Source of the DNA: an uncultured bacterium
GTDB taxonomy: Bacteria; Actinomycetota; UBA4738; HRBIN12
Assembly: GCA_965994715.1 (NCBI GenBank)
Contig: CBHFMJ010000002.1
Coordinates: 1-33,367, forward strand
Reading direction: 5' to 3'
Length of the DNA stretch: 33,367 nucleotides
The notes under the pieces are model-generated. The model was not told where the DNA came from and made no database searches. It saw only the letters and a program-made list of their open reading frames with translations. Each line of letters begins with the position of its first letter. Within the stretch, counting starts at the first letter, position 1. The position numbers and the translations under genes were made by a program. This document shows positions 16,681 through 24,814 of the stretch, in pieces.

Positions 16681-18243
16681 TCAATGACGGAAGTGGCGGC
16701 GCCCGGTGAGCACGACGGCCATCCCACGTTCCTCCGCGGCCTGGAGCACGGCGTCGTCTCCCTTCGATCCCCCGGGATGGATCACGGCGGTGGCGCCCGC
16801 GTCGGCGGCGACCTCGAGCGCGTCGGGGAACGGGAAGAACGCGTCCGACGCGAGCGAGGCGCCTTTCGCACGATCCCCCGCCTTGCGGGTCGCGATCCAC
16901 GACGAGTCGACCCTCGACATCTGGCCGGCGCCGATGCCGACCGTCGCTCCGTCGCGGACGAGCACGATCGTGTTCGACTTCACGCGCCACGCGATCGTCC
17001 ACGCCAGCAGCAGGTCGCGCCATTCGTCCTCCGTCGGCTCCCGCGAGGACACGACCCGGAACTCCCCGCGTCCTTCCCAGACGACGTCGCGGTCCTGGAC
17101 GAGCGCCCCCCCGGGGATCGCGCGGATGTCGAGCCCGCCGAGATCGGGCAGCGGCGCCGCCAGCAGCCGCAGGTTCGGGCGCTCACCGAAGACGGCCAGG
17201 GCCTCCTGCTCGTAGCCGGGCGCGATCACGACCTCGGTGAAGACCTCGCGCATCGCCTCGGCGGCTCCCCCCGTGACCGCGGCGTCGAACGCCACGATCC
17301 CCCCGAACGCGGACACCGTGTCGCAGTCGAACGCGCGCCGGTACGCCTCGTCGAGCGAGCTGGCGACGGCGACACCGCACGGGTTGTTGTGCTTCACGAT
17401 CACGCAGGCGGGGCCCGGCAACGCGGCGACGAGCGAGGCGGCCGCCTCCGCATCCAGCCAGTTGTTGAACGACATGTCCTTCCCCTGGAGGACGCGCGCT
17501 CCGCCCAGAGGCCCTAACGCACCCGAGTCCTCGACACCCCGACCTGCCTCCCGGAAGAGGGCGCCGCGCTGATGGGGGTTCTCCCCGTAGCGGAGGTCAC
17601 CGACCTTCTCGAACGCGAGGCCCACGAACGCCGGCAGATCCGACCCGGCCGCCCGTTCCGCGAACCAACCCGCCACCGCGGCGTCGTAGGCCGCGGTGTG
17701 CGCGAAGGCGGCCGCCGCGAGCCGCTCGCGCGTGTCGCGGGAAAGCCCGCCTCGGTCGCGGAGCTCCTCCACGATCGCCGGGTAGCTCGACGGATCCACC
17801 ACGACGCCCACCGACTCGAAGTTCTTGGCGGCGGCGCGCACCATGGCGGGCCCGCCGATGTCGATCTTCTCGATCACGTCGTCGACACCTGCCCCCGACG
17901 CCACCGTCTCCCGGAAGGGGTAGAGGTTGACGACGACGAGGTCGAACGGCTCGATCCCGTGCGCCGCGAGCTGTTCGAGATGCTCGGGCTTCCGGCTGTC
18001 CGCGAGCAACCCGCCGTGGATCCGCGGATGGAGCGTCTTCACCCTGCCGTCGAGCATCTCGGGGAAGCCCGTCACCTCCTCGACGGACGTGACCGGCACG
18101 CCGGCGTCGCGAAGCGTGGCGGCCGTCCCGCCGGAGGACACGAGCGAGACGTCGAGCTCCACCAACGCTCGAGCCAGGTCCACCACGCCGGTCTTGTCGT
18201 AGACCGCGAGCAAGGCCCGCCGCACCTCCCGGACGTCCGTCAC
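16681..18243 (-). CDS. purH: Bifunctional AICAR transformylase / IMP cyclohydrolase
   Basis: The GTG at 18243 overlaps the purN TGA. The translation reads VTDVREVRRALLAVYDKTGVVDLARAL...VKTLHPRIHGGLLA...KHNNPCG and ends GRRHFRH. The upstream part of the 671-aa track ORF is out of frame with purN. Confidence 0.92.
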   Translation of the reverse strand: MTDVREVRRALLAVYDKTGVVDLARALVELDVSLVSSGGTAATLRDAGVPVTSVEEVTGFPEMLDGRVKTLHPRIHGGLLADSRKPEHLEQLAAHGIEPFDLVVVNLYPFRETVASGAGVDDVIEKIDIGGPAMVRAAAKNFESVGVVVDPSSYPAIVEELRDRGGLSRDTRERLAAAAFAHTAAYDAAVAGWFAERAAGSDLPAFVGLAFEKVGDLRYGENPHQRGALFREAGRGVEDSGALGPLGGARVLQGKDMSFNNWLDAEAAASLVAALPGPACVIVKHNNPCGVAVASSLDEAYRRAFDCDTVSAFGGIVAFDAAVTGGAAEAMREVFTEVVIAPGYEQEALAVFGERPNLRLLAAPLPDLGGLDIRAIPGGALVQDRDVVWEGRGEFRVVSSREPTEDEWRDLLLAWTIAWRVKSNTIVLVRDGATVGIGAGQMSRVDSSWIATRKAGDRAKGASLASDAFFPFPDALEVAADAGATAVIHPGGSKGDDAVLQAAEERGMAVVLTGRRHFRH

Positions 18244-18860
18244 GTCGCCCTTCCCTCGATCGTCACGTGCCGCCCCTCGATCCGGATCCGGCCCTCGACG
18301 AGCGCCGCGGTCGCCGCCGGCAGCAAGCGGTGCTCCACCGCGTGGACGCGCGCCTCGAGCGAGTCCCAGTCGTCGTCGTCGAAGACCTCGATCGCCTCCT
18401 GCAGGACGATCGGGCCCGTGTCCGTCCCCTCGTCGACGAGGAACACCGTGACCCCGGTCACCTTCACCCCGTGGGCCAGGGCGTCCGCGACGCCGTGCAT
18501 CCCCGGGAACGCGGGAAGGAGCGAGGGATGGACGTTCAACCAGCGGCCGGCGTAGGCATCGAGGACCGCAGGTCCCAGCAGTCGCATGTACCCGGCGGTC
18601 ACCATCGCGTCGATCCTCCGATCTCGGAGGAGATCGGCGACGGCTCGGTCGAACGCCTCTCGGCCGTCGACGTCCTTCGGGTCGAGGACGGCCCACTCGA
18701 CGCCATGGGATTCCGCACGCTCGATCGCCTTGACCCCCGGCCGATCCGACAGGACGAGGGTGATCCGGGGGCCGCAGACGGGGTGGTCGAGGAGCGCTTG
18801 CAGGTTCGTCCCGGAGCCGGAAACGAGTACCGCGATCCGCTCGGCGAACGACGTCCTCAT
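18240..18860 (-). CDS. purN: Phosphoribosylglycinamide formyltransferase
   Basis: The translation reads MRTSFAERIAVLVSGSGTNLQALLD...LNVHPSLLPAFPG...TGVTVFLVDEGTDTGPIV. I use the ATG at 18860. The in-frame GTG at 18872 is an alternative start. Confidence 0.9.
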   Translation of the reverse strand: MRTSFAERIAVLVSGSGTNLQALLDHPVCGPRITLVLSDRPGVKAIERAESHGVEWAVLDPKDVDGREAFDRAVADLLRDRRIDAMVTAGYMRLLGPAVLDAYAGRWLNVHPSLLPAFPGMHGVADALAHGVKVTGVTVFLVDEGTDTGPIVLQEAIEVFDDDDWDSLEARVHAVEHRLLPAATAALVEGRIRIEGRHVTIEGRAT

Positions 18861-18901
18861 CGACGCGGCCACGCTATCAGAGGCACCGACCGGCCAGGCC
18901 G

Positions 18902-18907
18902 TACGCT
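18902..18907 (+). promoter_or_regulatory. -10-like hexamer TACGCT, 6 nt upstream of GTG 18914 (leaderless architecture)
   Basis: Sequence is cgTACGCTatcgccGTG. Confidence 0.4.
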
Positions 18908-18913
18908 ATCGCC

Positions 18914-19585
18914 GTGGAAGCCGACGAGCGGATCCGCGCGACCCCGGAGGCGCCCCGCCCCGCCACCAAGGCCCGGGAGAACGACGAGACGGCCGCCAGC
19001 GCCGAGACTCCCGGCGTCGTCACCCACGAGCGGTGCGTCCACCACCCCAGCAGGGCGGCCGTCGCCCGCTGCAGCGTGTGCGAGGAACCGATCTGCCTCC
19101 CGTGCGCGGTCCCGGTCCGAGGCCGTGTGATCGGTCCCGAATGCCTGGCCGAGGAGCTCGGCGACCCCCAGCTGACCGTCCCTCCGGAAACGGTCACGGC
19201 CGTCCCCCGGTCGGTGGCGGCCGTCGCCGGAGCCGTGGTTGCCGTCGTGGCCACGATCGGTCCCTGGACGAGGACGGGCGCAAGCGATCGCCTGCTCGGT
19301 GCATGGGTCCCGAGCGTCCGGTGGTCGATGATCGCGGCCCTCGCCTCCGTCGCGCTCCTCCTGGTGGCGTTGCTGTTCCGAGCCCGCGGGACGAGGGCGC
19401 TGGCGACCCTCGTGATCGTCGGGGGCGCCGCCGTCGCGTCGGGCTCGGCGCTCGCGATCGCGTTCCCACCCACGTTCCAGGAGGCCTCTTGGGGGCCCTG
19501 GCTCGGCGCCGTCGGCGGTGTGATCGCGGCGGCGGGAGGGATCGCGAGCATCTCGGCGGAACGACGTCCCAGGCAGGGTGTTTGA
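18914..19585 (+). CDS. Hypothetical membrane protein with N-terminal B-box-type zinc-finger motif
   Basis: The N-terminus contains CVHHPSRAAVARCSVCEEPICLPC (C-x2-H-x9-C-x2-C-x4-C-x2-C). About four hydrophobic helices follow (AAVAGAVVAVVATIGPW, MIAALASVALLLVALLF, LATLVIVGGAAVASGSALAIAF, WLGAVGGVIAAAGGIA). Confidence 0.65.
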   Translation: MEADERIRATPEAPRPATKARENDETAASAETPGVVTHERCVHHPSRAAVARCSVCEEPICLPCAVPVRGRVIGPECLAEELGDPQLTVPPETVTAVPRSVAAVAGAVVAVVATIGPWTRTGASDRLLGAWVPSVRWSMIAALASVALLLVALLFRARGTRALATLVIVGGAAVASGSALAIAFPPTFQEASWGPWLGAVGGVIAAAGGIASISAERRPRQGV

Positions 19586-19664
19586 CTCCGGTGCCGGGCC
19601 CCTCTTGGATAACCGGAGAGATGCACCGGCCGCGTGAGCGCGCGGCGGTTGAAAGGAGCGATGC

Positions 19665-20297
19665 ATGGAAGGTCCTGGCTCGTCCGGCTTCGACATGTCG
19701 AGGATGTCGACCGCCGAGAAGCTTCTCGCGGGAGGCAGCATCCTGCTCCTCATCGATAGCTTCCTACCCTGGCAGCGGGTATGTGCGTCAGATGTCCTCG
19801 GTGACCTGGGCGACCTCGCCGGATTCGACGCCTGCGCCAACTTCACGATGTGGGGCGGCAGCGGATCGTTCTTCGGCATCGTCACGGGACTGCTCGCGAT
19901 CGCGCTCATCGTCTTCGGCGTCCTGTCGATGACCGGAAGCATGGCGAACATGAACATGGGCTCGATGTCCGCCGACAAGCTCACCGGGTTCCTCGGCCTC
20001 GGGGTCGCGGCCTTCGGGCTCCTGAAGTTCATCTTCGCCCTCACAGAGTCTCCCGGGTGGGCGGCGTTCGTGGGACTCGTCCTCCTGGTCGCGATCGGCT
20101 GGGGCGCCTGGCAGATGGTCCAGTCGAGCGGCGGCTTCCAGATGGGCGACACGGGAGGCGGCACGATGGGTGGCACGATGGGCGGAGGGACCCCGCCTCC
20201 GAGCGCGCCCCCGCCCAGCGCACCTCCGCCGAGCATGCCACCGGCCGAGCCCCCGCCGAGCGGTGGGATGCCGCAGTCGGGCACGTCGGACATGTAG
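19665..20297 (+). CDS. Hypothetical membrane protein with Gly/Pro-rich repetitive C-terminal tail
   Basis: The SD AAAGGAG lies 6 nt before the ATG. About four TM segments are present. The tail reads GGTMGGTMGGGTPPPSAPPPSAPPPSMPPAEPPPSGG. Confidence 0.7.
   Translation: MEGPGSSGFDMSRMSTAEKLLAGGSILLLIDSFLPWQRVCASDVLGDLGDLAGFDACANFTMWGGSGSFFGIVTGLLAIALIVFGVLSMTGSMANMNMGSMSADKLTGFLGLGVAAFGLLKFIFALTESPGWAAFVGLVLLVAIGWGAWQMVQSSGGFQMGDTGGGTMGGTMGGGTPPPSAPPPSAPPPSMPPAEPPPSGGMPQSGTSDM
20193..20261 (+). repeat. In-frame PPPS(A/M) low-complexity repeat (coding)
   Basis: Four copies of the Pro-Pro-Pro-Ser unit (ccg cct ccg agc / ccc ccg ccc agc / cct ccg ccg agc / ccc ccg ccg agc), each a different codon spelling. 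They are preceded by a duplicated GGCACGATGGG unit. Confidence 0.8.
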
Positions 20298-20321
20298 ACC
20301 CTGACCGATCAGCAACCTCCG

Positions 20322-20362
20322 GAAGAGGCGGGCCCCCGAGCCGGGCCCGCCTCTTCGGTTTC
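20322..20362 (+). terminator. Strong intrinsic-terminator-like hairpin
   Basis: Sequence is GAAGAGGCGGGCCC-ccgagcc-GGGCCCGCCTCTTC, a 14-bp perfect stem with a 7-nt loop, followed by GGTTTC. It lies 25 nt after the stop at 20297. Confidence 0.7.
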
Positions 20363-20415
20363 GGGGTAGCCTTCGATCCCCAACCTGTCGGCCAAACTGT
20401 CGAAAGGATCCTGTC

Positions 20416-21123
20416 GTGAAGAAGTGCCCGTACTGCGCCGAGGAGATCCAGGACGACGCCATCAAGTGTCGCTACTGCTTCAGCGACCTCCGCACCGATC
20501 CGGAGACCGCCATGCAGCAACGGCCCGAAGGAACGTCCGCCGATGCGGGATCGACGCCCCCCGAGACGTCGTCCGGCTGGGCGGCCGAGACCACGCCGGC
20601 CGGGTCGGGCGCGCTCGTCGGCCCGTCTCCGGCAACCGCGCAGTACACGCACTCGGGGTATCGCTACGTGCTGGGATACGATGCGGACCTCTTCGGCATC
20701 TGGGACCGCCAGACGCCCGGCAACCCGGCCGAGACGTTCCCACGGACGGACGAGGGTTGGCGGAACGCGTGGATCAGGTTCGTGCAACTCGAGCCCAACA
20801 ACGTCCCGGTCGGCGCGGGCGGATCTGCCTCGGCGGGTGGGACCACCTCGACGCAGCCGATGGCGGGAGCCGGCATGCCTTCGTCCGGATCCCTAGCACC
20901 CGATCCCTCCGACGATCAGGTGCTCCAGTACACGCATTCGGGATCGACGTACCTCCTCGGCTACGGGCGAACCTTCTTCGGGATCTGGCAACGGGCCGAT
21001 CCCACCCGCCCCCTCGAGCGTTTCCCGCGCGACGACGACGGATGGGCGGCTGCCTGGCGTCGCTTCACCGCGATCGAGACGAACTACGCCGAGGTCGGCA
21101 TCGGGAGCCCCGGCTCCTCGTAA
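20416..21123 (+). CDS. Hypothetical protein: N-terminal zinc ribbon plus two copies of an uncharacterised ~58-aa module
   Basis: The GTG start follows AAAGGA. The protein begins MKKCPYCAEEIQDDAIKCRYC (CxxC...CxxC). The two repeats are QYTHSGYRYVLGYDADLFGIWDRQTPGNPAETFPRTDEGWRNAWIRFVQLE and QYTHSGSTYLLGYGRTFFGIWQRADPTRPLERFPRDDDGWAAAWRRFTAIE. Confidence 0.7.
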   Translation: MKKCPYCAEEIQDDAIKCRYCFSDLRTDPETAMQQRPEGTSADAGSTPPETSSGWAAETTPAGSGALVGPSPATAQYTHSGYRYVLGYDADLFGIWDRQTPGNPAETFPRTDEGWRNAWIRFVQLEPNNVPVGAGGSASAGGTTSTQPMAGAGMPSSGSLAPDPSDDQVLQYTHSGSTYLLGYGRTFFGIWQRADPTRPLERFPRDDDGWAAAWRRFTAIETNYAEVGIGSPGSS

Positions 21124-22328
21124 GCGCGCCCGGCGAGCCACGCCCCCAACACGCCACCGGCCACGCCCCAGGCCAGTGCGGCCAGGGCCGTCCGTACCCA
21201 AGCCGGGTGCACCAAGACGAGCCGGCCCGGAAGGAGGACCGAGGAGAACCGGAGCGCGGCGAACCATCCGACGACGACGACGAGCGATGCGAACACCACG
21301 CCGGCGGCGGCTCCCAGCCCGGCGGCGCGCCGGCCGGTGACCGGTGTGCTGACGACGGCGCTCCGACCGCCCAGCATCGCCGCGACACCGGGCGTCGCGC
21401 TCAACAGCCAGAGCGACGGGGCGAGCGGGAGCGGCGCCCGGAGGAACGTGCCGCCGGCGGGCCCCATCCCCACGAGTCGCCACGGGCAGAGCCGGAAGAT
21501 CGATCCCTCGCCGACGATCTCCAAGCACGAGCCCGAAGCCGGCGCCAGCAGCAGCGCGCTCTGCGCCGGCATCGCCAGCACGTGTGCGCCGAAGAGCAGC
21601 CCACCCCCCGGCCCGAGGCCGGCCACGCCGTCGAGGTAGGCCCTCGTCACGGTCGGCTCGAGCGTCGCGACGACGAGGATCCCGAGCGCGAGGAGGCCGA
21701 GCGCCCAGCCGTACGCCGTGACGCCCCCTCGGAGCGCGGCCGCGGACGGCCGGCCACGGGCCGCCTCCAGGTATGCGCCGGCCCCTGCCCCGGCAGCGGC
21801 CAGGATCCCGGCCCAGAGAGCCACACCGGCCGTGTCGACCACGATCCGAAGTCCGAGAGCGGGGAACGAGAGGGTCACCAGGGTCGCGCAGGCGGCCGCG
21901 AGGACGGCGACCGGGACCGCGGCGCCGGCCGCCGCCAGACCTGCGACGCCGAGCGCGGAACGCGGCGCCCGCGCGTGTGCCGCGCGGCGGCCGGCGCGCG
22001 CCGCCAGCCACAGGAACCCGATCGTCAGGGCCATCGGGACGAAGCGCGCCTGGATCGTCGTCGGGTCGACCGTGGTCCGGAGGATCGGCGGGCCCTCCAC
22101 GGTCGCGAGCACATCCGCTCGCAGCGACAGGAGTGCGGCGAGGAGACCGATCTTCACCCACGACCAGAGCCCGTACACGCCGATCAGGAGGAGCCCGAGC
22201 CCGGCGAGCAACTGCCCGACCGCGATGAGGGTGACGAACGCGATCGTGCCTCCCACCGCGGCCCGGCCGACGATCCCCCCGGCGTCGGCGAGCCCCCCCG
22301 GACGCCCGGGGGACGGCGGCGAGCTCAC
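21084..22328 (-). CDS. Polytopic integral membrane protein; PerM-like by position (downstream of sucD, near purN)
   Basis: A 414-aa protein with about 10 hydrophobic helices. Its GTG start overlaps the sucD TGA. In mycobacteria the equivalent sucD-purN interval holds the cell-division membrane protein PerM. The call rests on synteny, not recognised sequence motifs. Confidence 0.6.
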   Translation of the reverse strand: MSSPPSPGRPGGLADAGGIVGRAAVGGTIAFVTLIAVGQLLAGLGLLLIGVYGLWSWVKIGLLAALLSLRADVLATVEGPPILRTTVDPTTIQARFVPMALTIGFLWLAARAGRRAAHARAPRSALGVAGLAAAGAAVPVAVLAAACATLVTLSFPALGLRIVVDTAGVALWAGILAAAGAGAGAYLEAARGRPSAAALRGGVTAYGWALGLLALGILVVATLEPTVTRAYLDGVAGLGPGGGLLFGAHVLAMPAQSALLLAPASGSCLEIVGEGSIFRLCPWRLVGMGPAGGTFLRAPLPLAPSLWLLSATPGVAAMLGGRSAVVSTPVTGRRAAGLGAAAGVVFASLVVVVGWFAALRFSSVLLPGRLVLVHPAWVRTALAALAWGVAGGVLGAWLAGRAYEEPGLPMPTSA

Positions 22329-23194
22329 CCCAGGCGCTCCGCCACCAGGTCTGCCACCTGTGAGGGATTGCGCCCGACGGACGCCCCCACCGCCCCGAGG
22401 GCCTCTGCCTTGGCCGCCGCCGTGCCGCTCGATCCGGTCACGATCGCCCCGGCGTGGCCCATCCGCTTGCCCGGCGGGGCCTCGAAGCCGGCGATGTAGC
22501 CGACGACCGGCTTGGTCACCCGCTCCGCGATGACCGCGGCCGCGCGCTCCTCGTCGTCGCCGCCGATCTCACCGGTCAGCACGATGAGCTCGGTCTCGGC
22601 GTCGGCTTGGAAGAGCTCGAGCGCCTCGACGAACGCGATCCCGTGCACGGGGTCGCCGCCCATCCCGACGCACGTCGACTGACCGATCCCCCGTTGCGTG
22701 AGCTCGTGCACGATCTGATACACGAGCGTGCCGCTGCGGGAGACCAGCCCGACCGCGCCGGGCGCGCAGATCTCCCCGGGGATGATGCCGACGTTCGCCT
22801 GCCCGGGCGAGATCACACCGGGGCAGTTCGGCCCCACCAATCGCGTTCCCGACGCCTCCAGGTAGCTGTGCACGTTCGCGAGATCACGGACCGGGATGCC
22901 TTCCGTGATGCACACCACGAGATCGACGCCGGCGTCCACCGCTTCGAGGATCGCCTCGGCCGCGAACCGCGGAGGGACGAAGATCATCGATGTGTTCGCG
23001 CCGGTCTCGGCCACGGCGCGCGCGACGGTGTCGAAGACGGGGATCCCCTCGACGTCCTGGCCGCCCTTGCCCGGGGTCACGCCGGCAACGACCTTCGTCC
23101 CGTAGTCGCGGTTGCGCAGGGTGTGGAACGTCCCCTCGTTCCCGGTGATGCCCTGGACCACGAGGCTCGTCCGCTCGTCGACGAGGATGCTCAC
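22325..23194 (-). CDS. sucD: Succinate--CoA ligase subunit alpha
   Basis: The GTG at 23194 overlaps the sucC TGA. The translation reads [24 protein letters not shown]...[11 protein letters not shown]...SRSGTL...MGHAGAI (phosphohistidine loop). Confidence 0.92.
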   Translation of the reverse strand: MSILVDERTSLVVQGITGNEGTFHTLRNRDYGTKVVAGVTPGKGGQDVEGIPVFDTVARAVAETGANTSMIFVPPRFAAEAILEAVDAGVDLVVCITEGIPVRDLANVHSYLEASGTRLVGPNCPGVISPGQANVGIIPGEICAPGAVGLVSRSGTLVYQIVHELTQRGIGQSTCVGMGGDPVHGIAFVEALELFQADAETELIVLTGEIGGDDEERAAAVIAERVTKPVVGYIAGFEAPPGKRMGHAGAIVTGSSGTAAAKAEALGAVGASVGRNPSQVADLVAERLG

Positions 23195-24333
23195 GGCTCG
23201 GCTCCCGCAAGATCCGCGGCTTCCTCGGCAGCTTGGAGCATGTTCGCGACCGGCACGATCCGTGGATGCGCCGCATCGGACAGGATGCGACGGCCGTCCT
23301 CCGCGTTCGTGCCGTCGAGGCGCACCACGATCGGGACGCGCGCGTCGACGCGCTCCAGCGCCTCGAGGATCCCCTGGGCAACGAGGTCGCATCGCGTGAT
23401 CCCTCCGAAGATGTTCACGAGCACGACCCTGACGGCTGGGTCCGAGAGCACGACCTCGAGCGACGTGGCCATCTGGTCCGCCGACGCACCGCCTCCGACG
23501 TCGAGGAAGTTCGCCGCTCGCGCGCCCGCCTGCGCCACCACGTCGAGGGTGGACATCACGAGCCCCGCACCGTTCCCGATGATGCCCACGACCCCGTCGA
23601 GCTTCACGTACTGCAGCCCCTGATCCTTCGCCTGCGCTTCCACCTCGTCGATCGGGAACTGATCCGCGAGCTCTGCGATATCCGCCTGGCGCCACAGGGC
23701 GTTGTCGTCGATCGTGACCTTGGCGTCGAGCGCGACGACGCGGTCGTCCTCCAGGAGGACCAACGGGTTGATCTCCACGAGGGTCGCATCGCGCTCGACG
23801 ACGAGCTCGTACATCTTCCGGAACGCCTCGCCGGCGCCCTCCCACGCCTCGACCGGCAGCGTCCCGACGAGCTCGCGGACGTGATAGGAGCGGAGGCCGA
23901 GCAGCGGATCGATGTGGATGCGACGGAGCGCCTCCGGACGCGTCCGGGCGAGCTCCTCGATGTCGACGCCGCCTTCGGCCGTCATCATCGCGAGGTAGTC
24001 GCCGCGGGAGCGATCCAACAGGAGCGACGTGTAGAACTCCCGGGCGATCGGCAGGAGCTCCTCGACGAGGACGCGCGTGACGGCGGATCCCTTGAACGCG
24101 GTGCCGATCATCCGGTCGGCGGCCTCGGCGGCGGCCTCGGGGGTCTCGCAGAACTCGACCCCGCCGCCCTTGCCGCGACCGCCGACCTGCACCTGGATCT
24201 TCACGACCGACCGGCCGCCGAGCTCCCGCGTCGCGGCGGCGGCGGCCTCCCCGCTGAAGGCGACGACGCCTCGAGGCGTCTGCATCCCTTGGGCGCGGAA
24301 CAGATCCTTGCCCATGTGCTCGTAGAGATCCAC
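23191..24333 (-). CDS. sucC: Succinate--CoA ligase subunit beta (ATP-grasp)
   Basis: The translation reads [24 protein letters not shown]...[17 protein letters not shown]...NFLDVGGGA...[18 protein letters not shown] is present and the gene starts 10 nt after the upstream B12-domain gene. Confidence 0.92.
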   Translation of the reverse strand: MDLYEHMGKDLFRAQGMQTPRGVVAFSGEAAAAATRELGGRSVVKIQVQVGGRGKGGGVEFCETPEAAAEAADRMIGTAFKGSAVTRVLVEELLPIAREFYTSLLLDRSRGDYLAMMTAEGGVDIEELARTRPEALRRIHIDPLLGLRSYHVRELVGTLPVEAWEGAGEAFRKMYELVVERDATLVEINPLVLLEDDRVVALDAKVTIDDNALWRQADIAELADQFPIDEVEAQAKDQGLQYVKLDGVVGIIGNGAGLVMSTLDVVAQAGARAANFLDVGGGASADQMATSLEVVLSDPAVRVVLVNIFGGITRCDLVAQGILEALERVDARVPIVVRLDGTNAEDGRRILSDAAHPRIVPVANMLQAAEEAADLAGAEP

Positions 24334-24343
24334 GTGGCTCCCG

Positions 24344-24745
24344 TCAGGCCTTCGCGCTCAACCGATCGCGGAGCCAGGATGCGATGTCTCCCGTGTTGGC
24401 GCCGGGGGTGAAGACCTCCTCGATCCCCGCCTCCTTGAGCCTGGGGATGTCATCCGCGGGGATCACGCCACCGGCCACCACCACCACGTCGTCGGCGCCG
24501 CGGGCACGGAGCTCCTTGACCACCTTCGGGAAGAGCGTCATGTGCGCCCCCGAATGGCAGGAGAGCCCGACGGCGTCCGCGTCCTCCTGGATCGCAGCCT
24601 CCGCGATCTGTTCCGGCGTCTGGAACAGACCCGTGTAGATCACCTCGAAGCCGGCATCGCGCAACGCCCGGGCGACCACCTTGGCGCCGCGATCGTGCCC
24701 GTCGAGGCCCGGCTTCGCGACGATCACCCGCAGCTTCTCGGTCAT
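24344..24745 (-). CDS. Methylmalonyl-CoA mutase family, cobalamin-binding small subunit (stand-alone B12-binding domain)
   Basis: A 133-aa protein beginning [34 protein letters not shown], which carries the DxHxxG cobalamin-ligand motif. Rossmann-like SGAH...[10 protein letters not shown] is also present. Confidence 0.88.
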   Translation of the reverse strand: MTEKLRVIVAKPGLDGHDRGAKVVARALRDAGFEVIYTGLFQTPEQIAEAAIQEDADAVGLSCHSGAHMTLFPKVVKELRARGADDVVVVAGGVIPADDIPRLKEAGIEEVFTPGANTGDIASWLRDRLSAKA

Positions 24746-24752
24746 AGCGCCG

Positions 24753-24758
24753 AGTCTA
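24753..24758 (-). promoter_or_regulatory. -10-like hexamer TAGACT, 7 nt upstream of ATG 24745 (leaderless architecture)
   Basis: The minus strand reads cGATAGACTcggcgctATG. Confidence 0.4.
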
Positions 24759-24814
24759 TCGACGATCCATCAGTCAGTTTGCGGGGCGCAACCGGAGCGG
24801 AAGAGGATAGGCCC

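Noticed and set aside
14820-16727. A 635-aa ORF that could be read as a fused large protein.
   Set aside because: Only the C-terminal 305 codons (metF, from GTG 15737) are protein-like. Upstream it runs out of frame through folD, which is read in its own frame at 15734..16600.
18871-18910. Direct repeat ACGCTATC ... ACGCTATC (18871-18878 and 18903-18910) in the purN / B-box gene divergent region as a regulator site.
   Set aside because: Both copies are most simply explained as -10 elements: TAGCGT on the minus strand for purN and TACGCT on the plus strand for the 18914 gene. The purN spacing (10 nt to ATG 18860, or overlapping GTG 18872) is ambiguous, so I did not list it as a promoter feature.
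19586-19664. Two small hairpins (CTCCGGT...ACCGGAG and GCCGCG-tgag-..CGCGGC) in the spacer between the two membrane genes as a possible ncRNA or attenuator.
   Set aside because: The stems are short, the first has a long 19-nt loop, and there is no U-tract. It may be a weak terminator or nothing. There is no basis to call an RNA gene.
20424-22499. A 691-aa plus-strand ORF and the 422-aa minus-strand ORF at 20893..22161.
   Set aside because: They are Arg/Asp/Glu/Pro-rich nonsense frames overlapping the zinc-ribbon gene and the PerM-like membrane gene. The membrane-protein frame has coherent hydrophobic helices and a GTGA junction with sucD.
24779-24791. Palindrome TTGCG-ggg-CGCAA between the B12-subunit gene and the cyclase gene.
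   Set aside because: It has only 5-bp arms in GC-rich sequence and no second copy in the window. That is too weak to call an operator or hairpin.
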